Of a stretch of DNA of 64,000 nucleotides, positions 1-12,537 are shown in pieces. Under the pieces are notes generated by a model. It ran no database searches. It worked only from the letters and a program-made list of their open reading frames with translations, and had not been told where the DNA came from. The translations under genes and the position numbers were made by a program. Origin of the DNA: Bryobacterales bacterium (GTDB lineage: Bacteria; Acidobacteriota; Terriglobia; Bryobacterales; UBA6623); the NCBI GenBank assembly GCA_022824585.1, contig JAJDZN010000124.1, forward strand, positions 2,029 to 66,028, given 5' to 3'. Positions within the stretch are counted from its first letter, which is position 1. Each line of letters starts with the position of its first letter.

Positions 1-1730
1 GTCAGCGTCTCGTCGGGCGGCCACAGGCCCCAGTCGAAATTCGGGCTGCGCACCGCGGCAATGCCGTTGAACTTCCGGGGCGGCATGGGATCGAGCTGCA
101 TCTTCTCGAAACGGTGGAATGACTCGTCGTCGTGATAGGCGCTGTTGTCGTGGTGGTGGAAGATCTTCCCCGCTCCCTCGACTTGGTATCCGTGGTTCAT
201 GAAGTAGCGCGGCAAGGTGACCGCGCCCGGCAGGGCGCGCCGCCAATCGGAACGGTTGTCGTAGACGCCGGTGCTGGAAGGGCGCAGCCCGGTCAGCAGG
301 GCCACCCGCGACGGATTGCAAGCCGGCGAGGCTGTGTAGGCGCGCTCGAACAGCGCTCCCCGCCGTGCCAAGCGCCGCAGATTGGGCATCTTCAGCGGCG
401 AATCAGGCTCGAGCACCCAGTCATTGAGGTCGTCCACGGCGATAAACAGGATGTTGGGCTTGTCCGGGCTGGCGTCGGCGCGGAGCGTTCCACGAGCCGC
501 CGCCCGCACTAAGGAGGTCGGCTCGTTCGAGGCGAATTTCGCCCGGGCGTCGAGTTCCTCCAGAGTGAAGCGCACGCTGACGATGTAGGGTTCTTCGCCA
601 GCGGCCCAGTGCCCGTATGTGGTCACGACGAAAGTGCCGTCAGGGAGCAGTTCGACTCCCGGGTACGCAGTGTCCGCACGTGCGAGGTTGTCCATCAACC
701 GCACGCGGTATTGACCCTCTCGCCCGGCGACGATGTCTTCGTACGTGCCAACCCAGCCGACCCAGTCACCATGCGTCGGGCTCTCGTGCGTGCGGTCGCG
801 AAAGCTGATGAACAGGCGGCCATCGGGACCATACTTGGCCGTGTGCCGGTCGCCGGTCAGCGCGCCCGGCAGCTCGCGCGGCTCGCTCCACGTCTCGCCT
901 TCATCGTCTGAGAAGATGACGAACGAGTTCAGCGTGCGGCTGTTTTCGCGTAGCAGCACGGCGATCTGCTTGCCGTCCGGGGACCGCAGCGCACCCGGCT
1001 CGCACAGGTGAGCGATCGGATGCTTGGCGATCACCGTCGGCTGCGACCACGTCAGCCCGCCGTCGGACGAGACCACTCGGTAAACCTCGAAGACTCTGCC
1101 TTGCGGATGCTCCGGGGGATCGCGAAGCCAGCGGCCGTCGTCGTGGAAGAATGCCATGTAGGAGCCGTCCTTGCGCTCCACCATCGAACCCATGGTGACG
1201 ATGCCGCCGTAGCTGGGGCCGGGGGTGTTGATGGGCTGCAGCGGCGACCAGGTCTCGCCCTCGTCCTCGGAATAGGCGACGCGCACCCCGCCTGCCTTGC
1301 CAGAGAACATCACGATGCGCGGAACGCCTTCCGGATCGACCAATCGGAATAGCGTGGGCACCTCCATCGACGTGGCCCAGTTTTCCGGCGTCTGAAGGCG
1401 GTCGGTCCAGGTCAGCCCGCCATCGAAGCTCTTCTTGTAGACGATGGCTCCCCTGCCGTGGCCCTTGGGGTAGGCGATCAGAATCGTCCGGTTGTCGGGC
1501 AGCAGCAGCGTGGACGGGTGGCCGAGGTACTGGCCCGGCTCCCGGTCGACCACGACTTGGCGGTGAGTCTCGTCGGCGAGATCCACCGTGGGGATCGAGT
1601 AACCCCGCGGCTGCTGGGCCGGGGCCAGAATCGCGGCCGCGGCCAGAGCGCAGGCGAACGCCGCCCCTGAGCGCAGGCGCGCGGAGTCGAACAGGGAACG
1701 CAGGTCAACCGCCATCGCGCCCTCAATCAT
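1..1730 (-). CDS. BNR/Asp-box sialidase-like domain fused to an N-terminal sulfatase domain (3' end outside window)
   Basis: The ORF is absent from the track because it runs off the window start. My reverse translation from ATG 1730 gives a signal-like RLRSGAAFACALAAAAILAPAQQ. It also gives four Asp-box motifs: SFDGGLTW, SEDEGETW, SSDGGLTW, SDDEGETW. From about nt 465 downward it reads PNILFIAVDDLNDW...SPACNPSRVALLTG, which contains the sulfatase C-x-P-x-R formylglycine motif. The frame is continuous (checked at codon 638-636). Confidence 0.75.
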   Translation of the reverse strand, partial: MIEGAMAVDLRSLFDSARLRSGAAFACALAAAAILAPAQQPRGYSIPTVDLADETHRQVVVDREPGQYLGHPSTLLLPDNRTILIAYPKGHGRGAIVYKKSFDGGLTWTDRLQTPENWATSMEVPTLFRLVDPEGVPRIVMFSGKAGGVRVAYSEDEGETWSPLQPINTPGPSYGGIVTMGSMVERKDGSYMAFFHDDGRWLRDPPEHPQGRVFEVYRVVSSDGGLTWSQPTVIAKHPIAHLCEPGALRSPDGKQIAVLLRENSRTLNSFVIFSDDEGETWSEPRELPGALTGDRHTAKYGPDGRLFISFRDRTHESPTHGDWVGWVGTYEDIVAGREGQYRVRLMDNLARADTAYPGVELLPDGTFVVTTYGHWAAGEEPYIVSVRFTLEELDARAKFASNEPTSLVRAAARGTLRADASPDKPNILFIAVDDLNDWVLEPDSPLKMPNLRRLARRGALFERAYTASPACNPSRVALLTGLRPSSTGVYDNRSDWRRALPGAVTLPRYFMNHGYQVEGAGKIFHHHDNSAYHDDESFHRFEKMQLDPMPPRKFNGIAAVRSPNFDWGLWPPDETL

Positions 1731-1755
1731 AGAGCGTTGCGCGGAACTTCCGCGC

Positions 1756-2796
1756 TCATACGCGCACGGCCTCGCCGGTCTCGGCCGATGCGTATACGGC
1801 TTCGACGATGGCTAAGGTCTTGAGGTAGTCCTCGCCCGTGGATTCAAAGCTCTTGCCGTCCAGCATGCGATCGATGAAATGCCGCTGCAGGCGATACACG
1901 CAGTCGCCGGCGAAGTTGCGGTTCTCGCGCGGATACTCGACGGGGCGGACATCCTCGCCAAGCGGCTTGATGCGCATGGAAGAGTCCGCCTCCATTGCCA
2001 AGTGCCCGCGAGTTCCGTCCAGCCGCAGCTCGCCGAACGTATATCTGGGGTTGGGCATCTCGGCTTCGTTATAGCGGTTTGCGTCAAGGATCGCCGTCGC
2101 GCCGCTTTCGAACGAAAACAGGATCTGTCCAGCGTCCTCGCCGCGGATCGCCGGGTTCAGGCGCCGCAGCTGCGCGAAGACGAGGGTGACCTCTCCGAGC
2201 AAGAAGCGGAAGGTATCGATGAAGTGGACGGCCGTTTCATAGACCAGCAGCCGCGGATAGTGCCTGAAGAACGGCTGGCGCGCCAAGTAGGCGTCTTCGC
2301 TCCACCCATCGCCGGTGCGCATGCGGAAATACAGGTGTGTCGGCTCTCCGATCAGGCCCTGTGACAAGGCCCGCTGGATTTCGCGATGCCACGGCTGCCA
2401 GCGAAAGTTCTCGTGCACCATGAAGCGCACTCCCTGTTCTTTCGCGCGCCGGACAATGGATGCGCTCTCCTCCAGGGATGGTGCCAGCGGCTTTTGGCAA
2501 ACGATGGCAACTCCCCGGCTGGCAGCGTGGTCGCAGATCTCCGCATGCGTTTCGGGCGGCGTGATGATATCGACGAAGTCGGGCCGCTCCCGATCGATCA
2601 TCTCGCGCCAATCGCTGTAGTAGCGGGGAATCCCGTACGTGGCCATCTGGCGCCTCGCCTTGGCCTCGGTGCGGTTCGAGATCGCCCCGAGGCGCACCTC
2701 GGGGATACGATTCCAGGCTTCGAACTGGAAGCCCGAGAAGTAGCCCGCTCCGATCGCAACCGCCTTGAACGTCGTCCCCATGGGGTCACTGTACAC
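1756..2796 (-). CDS. Gfo/Idh/MocA family oxidoreductase
   Basis: N-terminal Rossmann fold (KAVAIGAGYFSGFQ...), then VDIITPPETH and VCQKPLA motifs typical of the family. The start may be the internal ATG at 2781 (MGTTFKAV). Confidence 0.85.
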   Translation of the reverse strand: MYSDPMGTTFKAVAIGAGYFSGFQFEAWNRIPEVRLGAISNRTEAKARRQMATYGIPRYYSDWREMIDRERPDFVDIITPPETHAEICDHAASRGVAIVCQKPLAPSLEESASIVRRAKEQGVRFMVHENFRWQPWHREIQRALSQGLIGEPTHLYFRMRTGDGWSEDAYLARQPFFRHYPRLLVYETAVHFIDTFRFLLGEVTLVFAQLRRLNPAIRGEDAGQILFSFESGATAILDANRYNEAEMPNPRYTFGELRLDGTRGHLAMEADSSMRIKPLGEDVRPVEYPRENRNFAGDCVYRLQRHFIDRMLDGKSFESTGEDYLKTLAIVEAVYASAETGEAVRV

Positions 2797-2878
2797 GGCG
2801 GCGACAGGCCGAGGCTATCCCGTCCGGCTATACTCCAAGCGCTGACGGAGCCTGCGGCATAGAGGCGGCGATGGCTGC

Positions 2879-5437
2879 GTGACCGGCGCGGCGCGCCTGC
2901 CGCATGGGGGCAAGATCATCGTGATAGGACTCATCGCCTTGGGGCTCGCCATAGTCCTGTGGTATCGCATTCGCCAGCTTTCCCGGCAGATTGACGATCT
3001 TCAGCGCACCGTATATCGGCCGTCTGGCGAGGAGCCGAGAGCAGCCGTGCCGGCTGCCGAGCCCGAGGTGCCGCCGCAGCCCGGCGAGCAGGCTCGGGCG
3101 CCGGCCAAGCGGCAGCCGCGAAGGCGTGCGTGGGTGCCTGCCAGGATCAACTGGATGGTTTGGCTCGGCGGTGTCTCTGTCGCTCTCGCCGGGATCTTCT
3201 TGGTCAAGTACTCGATAGACCAGGGCTTGCTCACGCCGCTCGCTAGGGTCCTGCTCGGAGTCGTCGGCGGGCTGGCGATGCACGGAGTCGTGGCGTGGCG
3301 CGTGCGCACTGCTAGCGGCTACCATCCCGCGCTGTCGGCACTGGCCGCGGCCGGCAGCATCACGATCTGCGCCGCGATCTTGGCCGCGCTGCACCTCTAC
3401 GATCTCATCGAGCCTCTCCCAGCGTTCGCAGTCTTGGCCGTGCTGGCCGTTGCCACCATGGTGCTCGCGTTGCAGCACGGCCCGGTCCTCGCCGTTCTGG
3501 GCATCCTCGGGGGTTACGCCGTGCCGCTGCTCGTGGGAGGGGATAGCGACCGAATGGGCGGCGTGCTTGCGTATGCGACGGTCGTCAGCGTTTCCGGCAT
3601 GCTCATGGTGCGCTATGCCTACCGCAGGTGGCTTTGGTGGTGCATGCTCGCCGCCGCGCTCGGCTGGAATCTGGTCTCGTTCGGCAATGCCAGTGCCGAC
3701 GGCGTCCGCGGGCTCTACTTGGCGGCTCTGGCCGCCTGCCTAATCTTCCTGCCCGCGCTGAACTGGTGGCCGCGTCTGAGCTGGATCGGTCCCATCGCGC
3801 CGACATGGAGATCGGCCGGGGACGATGGCTCGGTTCCGGTCGCCTCAGGAAAGCCTCCAACTTGGTGGGGGCTGGGCCTGGTGACCGTGGTTCAAGGGCT
3901 GTCCATTGCCAACGAGGCTTTTGCCCTCAACGCGGCGCTCCTGTGGGTCGTGCTGCCCGTCACGCTGTACCTCGCGTGCCACAGGTTCCCGCAGTACTCC
4001 GCGCTGCCGCCGGCGGTCTTGGCCGTGCAGGGCATCGCTTGGCTGTCGACGGGTTTCGAGCTGGATCGCTCCGGCATCAGCTGGCAGCCCAGCCTCCTTG
4101 CGTGGATGCCCGAGATGGTCATGTATGCCGCTTGCAGCGGACTGGTGCATGTGGCCGGCCCGTTCCTGCTGCTCCGCCGCGGCGCTCAGGCTGCGAAATG
4201 GGTGCCGCTAACGGTGTTGGGACCTCTGTCTTGGCTCGCGCTGGCCTTCTTCCTGGCAACCGACCACTCCTCGTCATCCCTGTGGAGTGCGGCTAGCCTT
4301 GCTATCGGCTGCATATATGCGGCGACCGGCATGGTCTTCCAGCGGCGGGGAGATGACCTGCACTACACCTGGTGCGTCCTGGGATGCTCCGGCGCGTATT
4401 CGCTCGCAGCCGCCATGTTCTTCAGCGAGGCAGGCCTGACTGTCGCGCTGGCAGCGCAGGCCGTGCCGCTGGCTTGGTTCGCGGCGCGCTCGGGAGCCGG
4501 CAATTTGCTGTGGGCGACCAAGGGCGTGCTGGCCGTGACCGTTCTGCGGCTGTCTCTGAATCCGTGGCTCGAGAGCTACTCCTCCGGCACTCATTGGGCG
4601 GTCTGGGCCTACGGAGGCTCGACGCTGGCCTGCTTCCTTGCCAGCCGAGTCGCGCTTCCCCTCCCGCGCCTTCGGCGCTGGACCGAGGCCGCCGGGGTCC
4701 AGCTGCTTGTGTTGACGCTCTGGGCCGTTCCCCGGAGCTGGATCTACGACGGCTCGATCCTCGCCGAAGAGTACTCCCTGGCCGAAGCCTCGCTCAACAC
4801 GGTCATCTGGGCCGCTTTGGGCATGGCGTACTACTGGCGTTCGCGCGCGAGCGAGCACATCGCGGCCGTTTACCTGTGGGCGTCGAGAGCGCTCATGGCA
4901 ATGGCTCTGGCGAACTATGCGGCGGCCTTGCTGGTGCTCAACCCGTTGTGGAGTGATGAGGCGGTCTCATCCACGCCCGTCTGGAATCTCTTGTTGCTGG
5001 CGTACGGCGCGCCCGTGCTGCTGGCGGCCTTGGCCGGCCGCTTCTCCGAAGAGCGGTCCGCCCGCTGGGCGAGAAGGGTGGCCGCCTTGGCGGCGTTCTT
5101 ATTCGTGACGCTTGAGATTCGTCACCTCTGGCAGGGCGCGCTGGACATAGCGGCGCGCCCCGGCGACGGGGAGATGGCGACATACTCGATCACGTGGACA
5201 TGCATGGCGTTCGCCGCCGTGCTGGCCGGTGGCATGCGATACGGTGACGGCGTATATCGGGCGGGAATGGCATTGCTCGTGCTGGCGGTGGCCAAGGTCT
5301 TCTTGGTCGACATGTCGGGCCTCTCCGGGCTGCTCCGCGCGGGCTCCTTCCTCGGCCTCGGCCTGAGCCTGCTGGGCCTGGCCCTGCTGCACCAGAAGTT
5401 CCGCGCCACGCTCCTACCCGATTCCGCTCGCGAATAG
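2879..5437 (+). CDS. DUF2339-like large polytopic membrane protein
   Basis: 852-aa ORF. It has one N-terminal TM, a Pro/Ala-rich spacer, then many hydrophobic segments. The WLGGVSVALAGIFLVKYSIDQGLLTP block is typical of DUF2339. GTG start. Confidence 0.7.
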   Translation: MTGAARLPHGGKIIVIGLIALGLAIVLWYRIRQLSRQIDDLQRTVYRPSGEEPRAAVPAAEPEVPPQPGEQARAPAKRQPRRRAWVPARINWMVWLGGVSVALAGIFLVKYSIDQGLLTPLARVLLGVVGGLAMHGVVAWRVRTASGYHPALSALAAAGSITICAAILAALHLYDLIEPLPAFAVLAVLAVATMVLALQHGPVLAVLGILGGYAVPLLVGGDSDRMGGVLAYATVVSVSGMLMVRYAYRRWLWWCMLAAALGWNLVSFGNASADGVRGLYLAALAACLIFLPALNWWPRLSWIGPIAPTWRSAGDDGSVPVASGKPPTWWGLGLVTVVQGLSIANEAFALNAALLWVVLPVTLYLACHRFPQYSALPPAVLAVQGIAWLSTGFELDRSGISWQPSLLAWMPEMVMYAACSGLVHVAGPFLLLRRGAQAAKWVPLTVLGPLSWLALAFFLATDHSSSSLWSAASLAIGCIYAATGMVFQRRGDDLHYTWCVLGCSGAYSLAAAMFFSEAGLTVALAAQAVPLAWFAARSGAGNLLWATKGVLAVTVLRLSLNPWLESYSSGTHWAVWAYGGSTLACFLASRVALPLPRLRRWTEAAGVQLLVLTLWAVPRSWIYDGSILAEEYSLAEASLNTVIWAALGMAYYWRSRASEHIAAVYLWASRALMAMALANYAAALLVLNPLWSDEAVSSTPVWNLLLLAYGAPVLLAALAGRFSEERSARWARRVAALAAFLFVTLEIRHLWQGALDIAARPGDGEMATYSITWTCMAFAAVLAGGMRYGDGVYRAGMALLVLAVAKVFLVDMSGLSGLLRAGSFLGLGLSLLGLALLHQKFRATLLPDSARE

Positions 5438-5477
5438 GCGCCTCGGTCTTCTGACCGCATGCCTTCGAGCGGCTTTA

Positions 5478-6353
5478 ATGGGTAATATGAAGCTGCTCAG
5501 TTTCAGCCGCGGCGGGGGACCCGGCTACGGCGCTGTTCTGGGCCATGGAGTCGTAGATCTCGCGGCACGCTACTCCGAGCGTTGGCCCACGCTGTCGGCC
5601 GTGATCCGTGCAGGGGCCCTAGACCGGTTGCGGGACCTTGCAAGCGGGCTCAATTGTGACTTCCCGCTGGAAGAGGTGCGCTTCCTGCCGCCGATTCTGG
5701 ATCCCGGCCGGATTATCTGCGTCGGGCTGAACTACAAGTCGCACATCGAGGAAACCGGACGGCAGATGCCGTCCTATCCGACCCTGTTCACGCGCTTCCC
5801 CGATTCCCACGTCGCCCATGGCGAGGCCATCATCCGTCCGTCCGTGTCCGAGCAGCACGACTTCGAGGGCGAGCTAGCGGTCATCATCGGTCGTAGCGGA
5901 CGCCATATTCCCGCCGCGCAGGCCTTGCAGCACGTGGCTGGCTACAGCTGCTACAACGACGGCTCGATTCGCGACTTCCAGGCGCACACGTCGCAATTCA
6001 CACCGGGCAAGAACTTCTGGCGTTCGGGTGCATTCGGCCCATGGATGGTCACTGCCGACGAGATCCCCGACCCGGGTCGGCTCCGCTTGGAGACCAGGCT
6101 CAACGGCCGGATCATGCAGAGCGCGCCGACCAGCGACCTGATGTTTGACGTGCCTGCCTTGGTCGAATACATCTCCACGGTCTTCCCGCTGCATCCCGCG
6201 GATGTGATCTCCACCGGCACAACCGGCGGAGTCGGCAAGGCGCGCAAGCCGCCTGTGTTCATGCGCGCCGGAGACAGAATCGAGGTCGAGCTGTCGGGCA
6301 TTGGCACGTTGTCCAATATGGTCGAAGACGAACCCGCGCGACCACAACATTGA
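5478..6353 (+). CDS. fumarylacetoacetate hydrolase (FAH) family protein
   Basis: IICVGLNYKSHIEE and DFEGELAVIIG motifs of the FAH fold. The start could be the second ATG at 5487 (MKLLSF). Confidence 0.9.
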   Translation: MGNMKLLSFSRGGGPGYGAVLGHGVVDLAARYSERWPTLSAVIRAGALDRLRDLASGLNCDFPLEEVRFLPPILDPGRIICVGLNYKSHIEETGRQMPSYPTLFTRFPDSHVAHGEAIIRPSVSEQHDFEGELAVIIGRSGRHIPAAQALQHVAGYSCYNDGSIRDFQAHTSQFTPGKNFWRSGAFGPWMVTADEIPDPGRLRLETRLNGRIMQSAPTSDLMFDVPALVEYISTVFPLHPADVISTGTTGGVGKARKPPVFMRAGDRIEVELSGIGTLSNMVEDEPARPQH

Positions 6354-6447
6354 GCGCATGCCGACGGGGCCGGAGCCGCCCTAGCTGCCCCAAGCGGCCT
6401 CTGCGGGGTCCGCTCTGGCGCCGTGCCAAAATAGGCTGCGCCCTTCA

Positions 6448-8157
6448 ATGTCCGCAAAGGCGCGCAAAGAAGTACTCGCATCGCTCACCGCTGCCGGGGC
6501 CACTTACGAGATCGTCGAGCGGCAGATGCCGGACGGCAGCGTCTGCCGAGTGGTCAGCAGCGCCCCCGACACATTGCTGGATCTGCTGGCGGAAACCGCG
6601 AGATTCGGCGACTACGAATACATCTGCTATCGGGACGAGATCTATACGTTTGCGGACGTGCTCGACCAGACCGCCCGGCTCGCCGAGGCGCTATCGAGGC
6701 TTGGCGTGCAGCGCGGCGACCGAGTGGCGACCTGCATGCGGAATTACCCGGAGTGGCCAGCCGCCTTCTTTGCCCCCATGGCCCTAGGCGCTATCACCGT
6801 ATCCCTGAACGGCTGGTGGAGCGGCGAGGAGATTGCCTACGGGTTGCGCGATGCGGGTGCCACGGCACTGATCGTCGATGGCGAGCGGCTTGAACGCATC
6901 GAAAGCGAGCTTGAGGACCTGGGCGTCGAGGCGATCGCGGTGCGCTGTGACCGAGCCGATCTTTCGCGGCATGTCCATCATTGGGACCGCGTCTTAGACC
7001 AATCGTCGCCGACGCCGCTGCGCCGGGTTCCGATTTCGGCAGATGACGACTGCTTGATGCTGTACACATCTGGGTCGACCGGCGGGCCGAAGGCCGCGAT
7101 TTCCACGCACTGCAACGTCATTCACGCGCTGGTCGGATGGGAGATCGAGCACCGCGCCCAAGCGATGCTGCGCGGTGACCCGATTGTCCGGGAACCGTTC
7201 GACGTTCAGTTCCGCATGCTCGTCACGATTCCCTTCTTCCACGTCACCGCGTGTCACGTCTGCATGCTGACGGCCCTTCGGTTCGGGCGCCGCATGACCC
7301 TGATGTACAAGTGGGATGCCGACGAAGCCATCGAGATCATTGACCGGGATCGAATCACCCACTTCATCTCGGTCCCGACGATCACGGGCGACCTGGTCCG
7401 CACGGCCGAGGCCCGAGGGAGGACGTTGCCGAGCCTGCTTGCCGTGGGCGGCGGCGGATCGCACCGACCTGCCAAGCAGGTGCTGGCGATCCCGGAAGTG
7501 CTGGAGAACGCTCATCCGGGCACAGGCTGGGGCATGACCGAGACCAATGCCATAGGCACGCAGATCGGCCCGCCAGACTATGTTCGAGTGCCCACGAGCA
7601 GCGGCCGCCCGTCGATCCTGATGGACATGAAGATCGTCGATCCCGAGGACGGCCGGGATGTGGAGCAGGGCCGCACCGGCGAGCTCTGGGTGCGCGGCGC
7701 TCCCGTGGTGAGGGGGTACTGGAACAAGCCGGATGCGACGGCGCGGGCGTTTCAGGACGGCTGGTTCCGAACCGGCGATCTGGCCTATTTCGACGACGAG
7801 GAATTCATCTACGTCGTAGATCGCATCAAGGACATCGTGATCCGGGGCGGCGAGAACATCAGCTGCCTCAGGGTCGAGGACGCGCTGTACCAATGCGAAG
7901 CCGTCGCCGAGGCCGTGGCCTTCGGCATTCCCGACGAGCGACTGGGCGAGGAATTGGCGGCCGTGGTGGTGCCTCGTCAGGGGGCAGCGATCAGCGCCGA
8001 TCGGCTGCGCGCCGAGATGGAGCGGCACTTGGGTAGCTTCGAGGTGCCGGCGAACATCATATTCCGGGACACGCCGCTACCGCGGATGGCCACCGGAAAG
8101 TTCGCCAAGCGACACATTCGGGAGGCGGTCTTGTCACAGATCAGCGACGGCCGCTGA
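6448..8157 (+). CDS. AMP-dependent acyl-CoA synthetase/ligase (class I adenylate-forming)
   Basis: AMP-binding signature LMLYTSGSTGGPKAA, TGDLAYFDDEEFIYVVDRIKD, and a C-terminal GK lysine motif. Confidence 0.9.
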   Translation: MSAKARKEVLASLTAAGATYEIVERQMPDGSVCRVVSSAPDTLLDLLAETARFGDYEYICYRDEIYTFADVLDQTARLAEALSRLGVQRGDRVATCMRNYPEWPAAFFAPMALGAITVSLNGWWSGEEIAYGLRDAGATALIVDGERLERIESELEDLGVEAIAVRCDRADLSRHVHHWDRVLDQSSPTPLRRVPISADDDCLMLYTSGSTGGPKAAISTHCNVIHALVGWEIEHRAQAMLRGDPIVREPFDVQFRMLVTIPFFHVTACHVCMLTALRFGRRMTLMYKWDADEAIEIIDRDRITHFISVPTITGDLVRTAEARGRTLPSLLAVGGGGSHRPAKQVLAIPEVLENAHPGTGWGMTETNAIGTQIGPPDYVRVPTSSGRPSILMDMKIVDPEDGRDVEQGRTGELWVRGAPVVRGYWNKPDATARAFQDGWFRTGDLAYFDDEEFIYVVDRIKDIVIRGGENISCLRVEDALYQCEAVAEAVAFGIPDERLGEELAAVVVPRQGAAISADRLRAEMERHLGSFEVPANIIFRDTPLPRMATGKFAKRHIREAVLSQISDGR

Positions 8158-8195
8158 ATGCGCGGCTAGGACGACAAACGCGCTGCGGGGCGCGC

Positions 8196-9626
8196 TCAGG
8201 CCAACAGTTTCTTGGCGACGGTCCCGGCCACGTCTGTCAGGCGGAAGTCGCGCCCGCTATAGCGGAACGTGAGTCTTTCGTGATCCAGGCCCATCAGGTG
8301 CAGGATGGTGGCATGCAGGTCGTGGATGTGCATCCTGTCCTCGACTGCGTGGTAGCCGAACTCGTCTGTCGCGCCGTAAATCGATCCCTGCTTGACGCCG
8401 CCGCCGGCCATGAATATCGAGAAGCCGTAGGGATTGTGGACGCGCCAATCGGCGCCTTCCGAGAAGGGCGTGCGTCCGAACTCGCTGCCCCAGACCACCA
8501 GGGTCTCGTCTAGCAAGCCGCGCGACTTGAGATCCTTGATCAAGCCGGCAATGGGCTTGTCCACCTCGCGCGAGCGAATCGGGTGCAGGCGCAAGATGTC
8601 GCCGTGGTGGTCCCACTTTTCCTCCACGCCGGAGTGCGTGGCCTGTACGACGCGCACCCCTCGCTCGCTGAGCCGCCGGGCAAGCAGGCATTGCCAGCCG
8701 AAATCGCGCGTGGCCTCTTCGTCCAGGCCGTAGAGCTTTCGGGTGGCATCGGTCTCGCGCGAAACGTCGAATGCCTCGGGAGCCTCTGCCTGCATGCGGA
8801 AAGCCAGTTCAAAGGCTTGAATGCGGGCCTCAAGGTCCGGATCGAGCCGCCGGTCGTCCGCGTGGCGGCGATTCATCTGGCGCAGGAATTCCAGCTCGAG
8901 CCGCTGTTCTTCGCTGGAACCTCCCTGCGGCAGCACGTGATCGATGGGGTTGTCGATGATATCGTCCACCGGCATCGGCGAGGAGCCGATCGGGGTCCCC
9001 TGGTAGGCGCCGGGCAGGAAGCTGGTCGCGAACAGCTTGTCTCCGCCCTGCCACTGCGTGGGCTTGATGGTGATGAAGCCGGGCAGGTTCTGGTTTTCGG
9101 TGCCCAGCCCGTAGAGTGTCCAAGCGCCCATGCTTGGCCGCGAGAAGGAGAACGTTCCCGTAAACAGCTGCAGCATGGCCGCTCCGTGGTCAACGCCCTC
9201 TCCGACCATCGAGCGGATCACGCACAGATCGTCCGCACAAGCGGCGACCTCGGGGAACAGCTCGCTGACGGGAATGCCGCTTTCGCCGCGCTGCTTGAAT
9301 TCCCAGGGGGAGCGCATGAGGCCGCCGGCCTCCTTGGCATTGAAGGTCAGCGAGCGCTTGATCGGCAGAGGCTTGCCGTTGTCGCTGTCCAAGCGGGGCT
9401 TCGGATCGAAGGTGTCGACGTGCGAGACACCGCCGTGCATGAACAGGAAGATGATCCGCTTGGCACGAGGCGCGAAATGTGGACGCTTGCTAGCCAGGGC
9501 CCCGCCACTGGCTGGCTCGGCCAGCACGGCGGACTCCTGCAACAACGAATAGAGCCCGAGGGAGCCGAATCCCAGTGCCGACCGACGCAGCAGCGAGCGG
9601 CGGGAAAGCGGTGCGCGGGCCAGCAT
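8196..9626 (-). CDS. DUF1501 domain protein (sulfatase-fold, Tat signal)
   Basis: N-terminal LSRRSLLRRSALGFGSLG twin-arginine region. FMHGGVSHVDTFDPKP and VVWGSEFGRTP blocks are typical of DUF1501. It lies directly downstream of a DUF1553 gene. Confidence 0.85.
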   Translation of the reverse strand: MLARAPLSRRSLLRRSALGFGSLGLYSLLQESAVLAEPASGGALASKRPHFAPRAKRIIFLFMHGGVSHVDTFDPKPRLDSDNGKPLPIKRSLTFNAKEAGGLMRSPWEFKQRGESGIPVSELFPEVAACADDLCVIRSMVGEGVDHGAAMLQLFTGTFSFSRPSMGAWTLYGLGTENQNLPGFITIKPTQWQGGDKLFATSFLPGAYQGTPIGSSPMPVDDIIDNPIDHVLPQGGSSEEQRLELEFLRQMNRRHADDRRLDPDLEARIQAFELAFRMQAEAPEAFDVSRETDATRKLYGLDEEATRDFGWQCLLARRLSERGVRVVQATHSGVEEKWDHHGDILRLHPIRSREVDKPIAGLIKDLKSRGLLDETLVVWGSEFGRTPFSEGADWRVHNPYGFSIFMAGGGVKQGSIYGATDEFGYHAVEDRMHIHDLHATILHLMGLDHERLTFRYSGRDFRLTDVAGTVAKKLLA

Positions 9627-9693
9627 GCTTCCAACAGGCTAGCACTCGCGGCCAACCTGCAGGCTTCCCGAGTGGCCGATCGCGGGCCTCAGC

Positions 9694-12408
<2,715 letters not shown>

Positions 12409-12537
12409 GGGATCGGTACTAGTATCCCCCGTTACCGCCGAATCGCGGAGCGGACGCGACTCGGATCGGCACTGGCTGGGCGCGTAGCCACGGGCGCCCC
12501 GAGGATCCCGGGCGAAGCTTCCGGCGCCCAGCCTAGA

